Assembly (NCBI GenBank): GCA_963713825.1
Contig: CAVQNG010000005.1
Span: 128,001-192,000, forward strand
DNA: 64,000 bases
Origin: an uncultured Acidobacteriota bacterium
GTDB lineage: Bacteria; Acidobacteriota; Thermoanaerobaculia; Multivoradales; JAHEKO01
Direction of reading: 5' to 3'
Below are positions 57,056 through 64,000 of this stretch, in pieces. The notes beneath the pieces were generated by a model. It saw only the letters and a list, made by a program, of their open reading frames with translations, made no database searches and was not told the origin of the DNA. Each line of letters begins with the position of its first letter. Positions within the stretch are counted from its first letter, which is position 1. Position numbers and translations under genes: made by a program.

Positions 57056-58167
57056 CGGCCCGCCACGAAGCATTGATCGTAGGTGGCGGCATCGTGGGGG
57101 CGGCCTGTGCCCTCCATCTGGCCCAGCGAGGTTTACGTCCGCTGGTGCTGGAGTCGGATTTCGTGGGGTCCGGTGCGACTGCCGCGGGCATGGGCCACCT
57201 GACGGTCATGGACGACTCCCCATCGCAGTTCGCCCTGAGCTCCCATTCGTGCAGGCTTTGGTCCGACCTGGCTGAAGAGCATGGCCAGAGCTGGGAAGAC
57301 GACCCCTGCGGCACGCTGTGGGTAGCGGCGGACGAGGAGGATCTGTCGCTCGTCGCCTCCAAGGCTGCCTTCTACAGGGACCAGGGACTACTGGCCGAGG
57401 AATTGTCGGCCGATGAGCTTCTCCGCGTGGAGCCGGAGCTTCGGCCTGGTCTTGGTGGAGGCCTTCTGGTGCCGGGCGATCGCGTCATCTATGCCCCGAA
57501 GGCGGTCCGCTGGCTGATGGATCAGGCGGTAGCCCACGGTGCCGAGGTCAGGGAGGGGATCCGGGTCGAGTCTCTGGAAGACCGAAGGGCCGTCTGCGAT
57601 TCTGGCTCTTTCGAGGCCGATGTGGTCATTCTCGCCGCTGGTACGCACTCGACTCGGATGCTGCCGTCTCTTCCCCTCGAGCCGCGAAAAGGGCATCTGG
57701 TGATCACGGATCGGTATCCAGGCTTTTGTCGCCACCAGATTCTCGAGCTGGGCTATCTGAAGAGCGCTCATGAGATGAGCAGTGAATCGGTGGCCTTCAA
57801 CGTGCAGCCGCGGGCGACCGACCAGGTGCTCATCGGCTCCTCGAGGGAGCTGGTGGGTTGGAACAACGACATCAACCGCGATCTGGTCGATGCCATGGTC
57901 GAGAGGGCTGTCGAGTACATGCCACGGCTTGCGGCGCTGTCGGTGCTCCGGATCTGGACCGGTTTTCGGCCTGCCTCGCGAGACAATCTACCGTTCATCG
58001 GACGCTGGGAACCCATCGATGGGCTGTGGATTGCCGCCGGACACGAGGGCCTGGGCATCACGACCTCTCTGGCCACGGGAGAGCTGCTGGCCGATCTGAT
58101 CGTCGGTCGGCAGCCGGCTCTCGATCCAGGTCCTTTCGATCCCATGCGCGTCGTTGGAGAACTCTAG
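57052..58167 (+). CDS. FAD-dependent oxidoreductase, DAO family (D-hydroxyproline dehydrogenase catalytic subunit-like)
   Basis: IVGGGIVG, GATAAGMGH, WTGFRP, GHEGLGITT; GTGA overlap with epimerase stop. Confidence 0.88.
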   Translation: MTARHEALIVGGGIVGAACALHLAQRGLRPLVLESDFVGSGATAAGMGHLTVMDDSPSQFALSSHSCRLWSDLAEEHGQSWEDDPCGTLWVAADEEDLSLVASKAAFYRDQGLLAEELSADELLRVEPELRPGLGGGLLVPGDRVIYAPKAVRWLMDQAVAHGAEVREGIRVESLEDRRAVCDSGSFEADVVILAAGTHSTRMLPSLPLEPRKGHLVITDRYPGFCRHQILELGYLKSAHEMSSESVAFNVQPRATDQVLIGSSRELVGWNNDINRDLVDAMVERAVEYMPRLAALSVLRIWTGFRPASRDNLPFIGRWEPIDGLWIAAGHEGLGITTSLATGELLADLIVGRQPALDPGPFDPMRVVGEL

Positions 58168-58171
58168 CTGG

Positions 58172-58417
58172 ATGCCGAAGATCGCTATCCGTATCAACGG
58201 ACGTCGCGTCGAGACCGACCCGGGCAGCAGCGTTGCGGCAGCGCTGATCAATGAAGGAGTCTGGGGGTTCAGAAGCTCGACGCAGGGTGAGATCCGAGGC
58301 CCGCTCTGTGCAATGGGCATCTGTTTCGAATGTCGAGTCACGATCGATGGCGATGCCCACCGCAGGGCCTGCATGGAGATCTGTCGTCCGGACATGGAGG
58401 TGGCGACGGATGACTGA
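58172..58417 (+). CDS. Small 2Fe-2S subunit
   Basis: CAMGICFECRV...RACM. Confidence 0.9.
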   Translation: MPKIAIRINGRRVETDPGSSVAAALINEGVWGFRSSTQGEIRGPLCAMGICFECRVTIDGDAHRRACMEICRPDMEVATDD

Positions 58418-59684
58418 ATCTCTTCGAGCTCGCGTCGCCGTGGTGGGTGCGGGCCCCGCTGGCATAGCAGCAGCGGCCATGGCGGCCGAGGCTGGGAGCA
58501 ACGTCGTGCTCCTGGACGAAGCGCCGAGCCCAGGTGGTCAGATCTGGCGGCCAGGGTCCCGAAGTCGGGTGCCACCTTCGGCCCGGCAGTGGCTCGATCG
58601 TCTGGGGCGATCTGGGGCTCGATTGATCTCAGAGGCCACGGTCGTCGATGCCGACTCTCCACTCAGACTTGTTGTCAGCCGTCGGCAGGAGCGCCTCGAA
58701 GTCCAGGCCGAACGCGTCATTCTGGCCACGGGTTCGCGCGAGCTGTTCCTTCCTTTCCCCGGTTGGACTCTACCCGGAGTTCTAGGTGTGGGCGGTGCCC
58801 AGGCCCTCTCCAAGACGGGCGTCAGATTTCGCGACCGGCGAGTGGCGATTGCCGGCTCCGGACCACTACTGCTACCGGTGGCGGCAGCCTTGGCACGAGA
58901 CGGAGCCCAGTTGATCACGGTTGCAGAGCAAGCATCTCGCAGGTCGGTCATGGGGTTTGCCCTGGGCCTGTGGCATCAGCCTTCGAAGCTCCTGGAGGCC
59001 GGGAGTTTACGGGCAGCCTTCGCGACTACCTCCTACCGGACAGGCGTCTGGGTGGAAAGGGCTCACGGAGCGGAGATGGTCTCATCCGTCACCCTCACAG
59101 ATGGCTCGCGGTCCTGGACTGAAGCCTGTGACATTCTGTGCAGCTCCTATGGGCTGGTGCCCAATGTGGAGCTGGCCCTGTGGCTGGGATGCGCGCTGCA
59201 GGATGGTGCTGTCAACGTGGATGACAACCAGGTCACGAATGTGGATGGGGTGTTGTGCGCGGGCGAGCCGACAGGCGTCGGCGGCTCCGACCTGGCCCTG
59301 GTCGAGGGACAGATCGCCGGATTGGTCGCAGTGGGTGAGCGCTCGACGCTCTCGAGCCTGAAGAGACGACGGGCGGCCCTGAAACGAATTGCCTCCCGCA
59401 TGGAGGAGAGCTTTCGGCCCAGGCCCGAGCTTCTGCACCGACTGGAGGGCACCACCACGGTTTGTCGATGCGAGGATGTGGGCTGGGATGAGCTCGACAC
59501 CGTGACCAACCTTCGGCAGGCGAAACTCTACACACGCGTCGGGATGGGACCCTGCCAGGGTAGGGTCTGTGGTGCGGCTTTGCAGCTGCTCAAGGGTTGG
59601 CGCGCCGACAAGGTTCGCTCACCCCTGAAGCCTTGCCGCGTCGGCGAGCTTCTGACGCAGGATTCGATTGGTGATGCTGGTTGA
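58410..59684 (+). CDS. FAD/NAD(P)-binding oxidoreductase subunit with C-terminal BFD-like Cys cluster
   Basis: VVGAGPAG, LATGSRELFLPFPGWTLPGV, VCRCEDV, GMGPCQGRVCG. Confidence 0.9.
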   Translation: MTESLRARVAVVGAGPAGIAAAAMAAEAGSNVVLLDEAPSPGGQIWRPGSRSRVPPSARQWLDRLGRSGARLISEATVVDADSPLRLVVSRRQERLEVQAERVILATGSRELFLPFPGWTLPGVLGVGGAQALSKTGVRFRDRRVAIAGSGPLLLPVAAALARDGAQLITVAEQASRRSVMGFALGLWHQPSKLLEAGSLRAAFATTSYRTGVWVERAHGAEMVSSVTLTDGSRSWTEACDILCSSYGLVPNVELALWLGCALQDGAVNVDDNQVTNVDGVLCAGEPTGVGGSDLALVEGQIAGLVAVGERSTLSSLKRRRAALKRIASRMEESFRPRPELLHRLEGTTTVCRCEDVGWDELDTVTNLRQAKLYTRVGMGPCQGRVCGAALQLLKGWRADKVRSPLKPCRVGELLTQDSIGDAG

Positions 59685-59702
59685 CCTCGGAGGAGGGAAG
59701 TC

Positions 59703-62700
59703 GTGATGAGAAGCAATCGATGGTGGGTTCTATGTGTGGTCGGCTCGGCGCTGGTGGGAGGAGTTGGCTGGGCGGAGGAGCCAGCGACGAAGGGGCTGAT
59801 GACAGCAGAGACCTTCTCAGGGCTCGAGCTGCGCAATCTGGGGCCGGCGCTCATGTCAGGGCGGATCGCCGACATCGCCGTCCATCCCACTGATCGAAGT
59901 GTCTGGTACGTCGCCGTGGCTTCCGGTGGGGTTTGGAAGACGGTCAACTCCGGAACGACCTGGGAGCCCATTTTCGACGACCAGGTTTCCTTTTCCATCG
60001 GTTGCGTGACGATCGATGCCAAGGACCCGGAGACCGTGTGGGTCGGCACGGGTGAGAACAACAGCCAGCGTAGCGTCGGTTGGGGTGACGGGGTCTACAA
60101 GAGCAAGGACGGGGGCCAGACTTGGAAGCGCATGGGTCTCGAGCACTCCGAGCATATCGGCAAGATCCTGATCGATCCGCGGGACTCGAACGTCGTCTAT
60201 GTGGCGGCTCAAGGACCGCTCTGGGCTGCCGGCGGGGAGCGAGGCCTTTACAAGACCACCGACGGGGGAGAGAGCTGGGAGCAGATTCTCGAGATCAGCG
60301 AGAACACCGGTGTCTCCGATATCGTTCTGGACCCCCGGACCCCCGATACCCTGCTGGCGGCTTCCTTCCAGCGTAGGCGTCGCGTCTGGGCTCTCATTGG
60401 CGGCGGCCCCGAGTCCGCCATCTACAAATCCCAGGACGCAGGGGCCAGCTGGACGCGGTTGACGTCGGGGCTGCCGGAGGGGGATGTGGGACGGATCGGT
60501 CTTGCCGTCTCGCCCATCGACCCCGATGTCGTCTATGCGACGATCGCGGCCAAGGACGAGGAGAAGGGCTTCTATCGTTCCACCGACTTCGGGCAGAGCT
60601 GGGAGAAGCGCAGCGACTACGTGGCCATCGATCCTCAGTACTACGGCGAGATCTTTCCCGACCCGCACCGTTTCGATCGGGTCTATGCGATGGATGTCTG
60701 GATCCATTACACGGAGGATGGTGGCAAGAGCTTCAAGCCGCTGAATTCCCGCTACAAGCATGTCGATAACCACGTCATGGTCTTCGATCCCGAGGACCCC
60801 GATTACCTCATGGTTGGGAGCGACGGTGGAATCTACGAAAGCTGGGACCGGGGTGATCACTGGCGGTTCATCGACAACCTGCCGATTACCCAGTTCTACA
60901 GGGTCGGTATCGACAACGACGTCCCCTTCTACAACGTCTATGGCGGAACTCAGGACAACGATTCCGAGGGCGGGCCGTCACGCACCACGACGATTCACGG
61001 CATACGCAACAGCGACTGGATGATCACGGTGGGTGGCGATGGCTATCAGACCCGGGTGGACCCGGCAGATGCCAACATCATCTATTCCATGTGGCAGTAC
61101 GGAGGCCTGGTCCGCTTCGACAAGAAGAGTGGGGAGCGGTTGGACATCCAGCCCCAGCCGGAGCCGGGGGAGCCACCCCTCTATTGGCACTGGGACTCCC
61201 CGTTGATGATCAGTCCCCACTTGAACACCCGGCTCTACTTCGCTGGGAATCGGCTCTATCGAAGCGATGATCGCGGCGATTCCTGGCGTGCCGTCAGCCC
61301 TGATCTGACGCGAGGTATCGACCGCAATAGCCTCGAGGTCATGGGTCGGGTGTGGGGTGTCGATGCCGTCTGGAAGAACGTCTTCACTTCCTTTTACGGC
61401 AACATCGTGGCGCTGGACGAGTCGCCTCTCGTGGAAGGGTTGCTCTATGTGGGCACCGACGATGGACTCGTGCAGGTATCGGAGGATGGTGGTGAGTCCT
61501 GGCGGTCCATCAGCTCCTTCCCTGGCATCCCAGAGCGCACCTACGTCTCAGACGTGACGGCTTCACTGCACGATCCGGATACGGTCTTCGCCGCCTTCAA
61601 CAACCACAAGAGCGGTGACTTCACACCGTACTTGCTGGTGAGTGGCGATCGAGGTGCGTCCTGGCGGTCGATCGCCAGCAACCTGCCCGAAGGACAGGTC
61701 CTGTGGTCCGTCGTGCAGGATCACAAAAGCCAGAATCTGTTATTCGCCGGGACCGAATTTGGACTGTTCTTTTCTCGCGACGCAGGAGGTCGCTGGATTC
61801 AGCTGCAGGGTGGAATGCCTCCGGTCGCGGTACGGGACCTCGAGATTCAACAGCGGGAAGACGACTTGGTCGTCGGCACCTTTGGTCGTGGCATCCGGAT
61901 TCTGGACGACTATGCGGCGCTGCGGTTGGCGACGGATGAGCTGCTGGATTCTGAGGCTACTCTCTTTCCGGTGCGTCGGACGTGGGCCTATCTGCCGTCC
62001 GACCCCATGGGCTGGGGAGAGAAAGCCTCGCAGGGCGATGCATTCTTTGTGGCGCCCAACCCGCCTTTCGGAGCCGTGTTCACCTACTACTTGAAGGAGA
62101 GTCTCGGCACGCTCAAGCAGAGCCGCGAGGACCAGGAGGCGAGCAAGGTCGAGCAAGGCGAGCCGGTGGGTTATCCCAGTTGGGAAAGCCTGAGAGCCGA
62201 GGACCGGGAGGAGGCCCCCGCGATTCTGTTGACGGTACGGGATGCGGACGGTGCTGTTGTCGCTACTGTGGACGGCCCCGCTAGCGCGGGTTTCCATCGC
62301 GTGGCGTGGAATCTGCGCCATCCCTCGCTCGAACCGGTCGAGCTCGATCGGGAGCCAGCCATCTGGGAGGTTGATAGCGATGATGGTCCCTCCGGTCCGC
62401 CGGCCCTGCCTGGCATCTACACCGTAGAGTTGGCCAAGCGTGTGGGTGGGGGAGTCGTGCCCCTCAGCGAGCCACAGGCCTTCGAGACCGTACCGCTTGG
62501 GCTGGCGACGCTGGGAGCCGACGATCGGGCGGCGCTACTGGAGTTCCAGCAGCAGGCGATTCGCCTGCAACGTGCTGTCCTCGGCGCAGTGCAGGTGGTC
62601 GGCGAAACCGAGAACCGGCTGCGGCACCTCAAGGTTGCTGCCGATGGCACGCCGGGAGTCAGCCCGGAAATGGCACAGCGGGCCCGAGAGCTGGAGGGGG

Positions 62701-63002
62701 ATCTGGCTGACCTCGAACAGGAGTTGCGGGGTGATCAGACGGTGCGCAGCCGCAACGAGCCGGTCTCGCCCTCGATCGTCCAACGCATCAACCGGGTGGT
62801 GGAGGCACATTGGTCGTCCACTTCCGCTGCGACGGCTACCCACCGCCGAAACTATGAGATCGTAGCCATGCAATTCACGCCGGTTCTGGAGCGCTTGCGA
62901 CAACTCGTCGAGGTGGATCTGGAGGACCTCGAGCGCTCGCTGGAAGCTGCCGAAGCACCCTGGACACCTGGGCGGTCGGTCCCAGATTGGCAACCCGAAT
63001 AG
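59703..63002 (+). CDS. VPS10/sortilin-like BNR-repeat beta-propeller protein (often labelled glycosyl hydrolase)
   Basis: Signal peptide; RNLGPALMSGRI; many S/T-x-D-G-G-x-S/T-W Asp-boxes; HVDNH, YGGTQDN. Confidence 0.88.
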   Translation: MMRSNRWWVLCVVGSALVGGVGWAEEPATKGLMTAETFSGLELRNLGPALMSGRIADIAVHPTDRSVWYVAVASGGVWKTVNSGTTWEPIFDDQVSFSIGCVTIDAKDPETVWVGTGENNSQRSVGWGDGVYKSKDGGQTWKRMGLEHSEHIGKILIDPRDSNVVYVAAQGPLWAAGGERGLYKTTDGGESWEQILEISENTGVSDIVLDPRTPDTLLAASFQRRRRVWALIGGGPESAIYKSQDAGASWTRLTSGLPEGDVGRIGLAVSPIDPDVVYATIAAKDEEKGFYRSTDFGQSWEKRSDYVAIDPQYYGEIFPDPHRFDRVYAMDVWIHYTEDGGKSFKPLNSRYKHVDNHVMVFDPEDPDYLMVGSDGGIYESWDRGDHWRFIDNLPITQFYRVGIDNDVPFYNVYGGTQDNDSEGGPSRTTTIHGIRNSDWMITVGGDGYQTRVDPADANIIYSMWQYGGLVRFDKKSGERLDIQPQPEPGEPPLYWHWDSPLMISPHLNTRLYFAGNRLYRSDDRGDSWRAVSPDLTRGIDRNSLEVMGRVWGVDAVWKNVFTSFYGNIVALDESPLVEGLLYVGTDDGLVQVSEDGGESWRSISSFPGIPERTYVSDVTASLHDPDTVFAAFNNHKSGDFTPYLLVSGDRGASWRSIASNLPEGQVLWSVVQDHKSQNLLFAGTEFGLFFSRDAGGRWIQLQGGMPPVAVRDLEIQQREDDLVVGTFGRGIRILDDYAALRLATDELLDSEATLFPVRRTWAYLPSDPMGWGEKASQGDAFFVAPNPPFGAVFTYYLKESLGTLKQSREDQEASKVEQGEPVGYPSWESLRAEDREEAPAILLTVRDADGAVVATVDGPASAGFHRVAWNLRHPSLEPVELDREPAIWEVDSDDGPSGPPALPGIYTVELAKRVGGGVVPLSEPQAFETVPLGLATLGADDRAALLEFQQQAIRLQRAVLGAVQVVGETENRLRHLKVAADGTPGVSPEMAQRARELEGDLADLEQELRGDQTVRSRNEPVSPSIVQRINRVVEAHWSSTSAATATHRRNYEIVAMQFTPVLERLRQLVEVDLEDLERSLEAAEAPWTPGRSVPDWQPE

Positions 63003-63048
63003 ACGGAGACAAGGAGCTCCCACTGAGTTCGAAATTGGTGACCTTCTA

Positions 63049-64000
63049 ATGCAGCACGTTCTACAGGCCTATCCGAGTCACCTGGTTCCTATCTTGGAAA
63101 CGGTCATGTTTCTTGTCGGGCTGCTGGTGCTGTTCTTGTGGCCGGACTCCTCGAGTCGATTCGCTGACAGGGTACTGACAAGCCTCGCGGGCATGGCGAA
63201 GTCGCCGATTCGAGTGATCCTCGCTGTGGGACTTCTGGCTGGACTCGGCAACGCGGCAACCACCCTGATGCAAGGGCCTCCCATTCCGGTGGTGAGCGAC
63301 GAGTGGAGCTACCTGCTCGCCACGGACACGTTTGCTTCGGGACGGGTCACCAATCCACCGAGTCCGCATCGGGCACTGGTGGGTGAAAACACCCTTGGAA
63401 CCCCTACCTACCAGTCGAAGTACCCCCCAGCGCAGGGATTGATGCTCGCTCTCGGCCAGCGCCTCGGTGGTCACCCTGTCGTGGGGCTGTGGCTGAGCGC
63501 GGCTCTACTGGCAGCGGCGGTTACCTGGTGTCTGCAAGCATGGGTCGGGTCGCAGTGGGCGCTGCTGGGCGGCATTCTTATCGCGGTTCGCCTGGGCGTG
63601 GGCTCCTATTGGAACCAGAGCTATTGGGGTGGGTCCATAGCCGCGATTGGCGGTGCTCTGGTGTACGGGGCGGTGCGGAGACTCACTCGAGTCGAGCGGC
63701 TGCGACTTCGCGACTCGCTACTGCTCGGGATCGGGCTGATGGTGCTCGCCAACAGTCGCCCCTTTGAAGGGATGCTCGCATCCTTGCCCGCCGCGTGGAT
63801 GCTGGCGAGTTGGTTCTTCCGATTGCCGCCCCCAGAGCGGCGACTGGCGACCGTGAAAGTGATCCTGCCTGTTGCCGTGCTGCTCTTTGTGACGATCATG
63901 GGTGTGGGTTACTACAACTGGAGGGTCACCGGTGACCCTCTGAAGATGCCCCACCTGCACTACAAGGAGATCTACGATCGTCCCAGTGAGTTCGTCTGGG
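63049..64000 (+). CDS. Polytopic membrane protein, GT-C glycosyltransferase-like, partial (runs off the right edge)
   Basis: Manual translation: MQHVLQAYP..., SDEWSYLLATDTFASGRVTNP, SKYPPAQG, SYWNQSYWGG, NSRPFEG; no stop seen. Confidence 0.65.
   Translation, partial: MQHVLQAYPSHLVPILETVMFLVGLLVLFLWPDSSSRFADRVLTSLAGMAKSPIRVILAVGLLAGLGNAATTLMQGPPIPVVSDEWSYLLATDTFASGRVTNPPSPHRALVGENTLGTPTYQSKYPPAQGLMLALGQRLGGHPVVGLWLSAALLAAAVTWCLQAWVGSQWALLGGILIAVRLGVGSYWNQSYWGGSIAAIGGALVYGAVRRLTRVERLRLRDSLLLGIGLMVLANSRPFEGMLASLPAAWMLASWFFRLPPPERRLATVKVILPVAVLLFVTIMGVGYYNWRVTGDPLKMPHLHYKEIYDRPSEFVW

Noticed and set aside
57052-59684. Hydrogen cyanide synthase hcnABC
   Set aside because: The subunits are homologous, but translational coupling to a hydroxyproline epimerase favours D-hydroxyproline dehydrogenase.

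Overview
GC-rich, gene-dense bacterial chromosomal window. The gene content points to Acidobacteriota (Thermoanaerobaculia-like; inference): eight Hanks-type Ser/Thr kinases (five kinase-TM-TolB/PD40 propeller, two kinase-TM-TPR, one short), an ADOP-type orphan permease, an acidobacterial VWA-like protein and a VPS10/BNR propeller protein. Other loci are an ADP-ribosylglycohydrolase fused to a CX5R phosphatase, an octaheme HAO-family cytochrome downstream of an alginate-export-type porin, a hydroxyproline epimerase/dehydrogenase operon divergent from aminopeptidase P, crcB-DUF190, SPFH-RHH-NUDIX and TIGR04076-aldo/keto reductase. I found no rRNA, tRNA, transposase, integrase or cas gene. The most striking unexplained structure is a modular family of intergenic repeats, often next to kinase genes. 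Module A is a 161-162 bp element (4 copies) with strand-asymmetric G-T pairing and covariation. Module B is a 77-78 bp hairpin with an invariant core (3 copies). Module C forms mini-arrays of a ~20 bp repeat separated by variable hairpins (7 loci). Also seen are a 33-codon collapsed kinase remnant, a frameshifted and internally deleted permease, a Ser-to-Pro change at a beta-lactamase-family catalytic site, and six genes with a -10 hexamer exactly 6 nt before the start codon (likely leaderless). All family calls come from motif recognition by eye; no database search was run.
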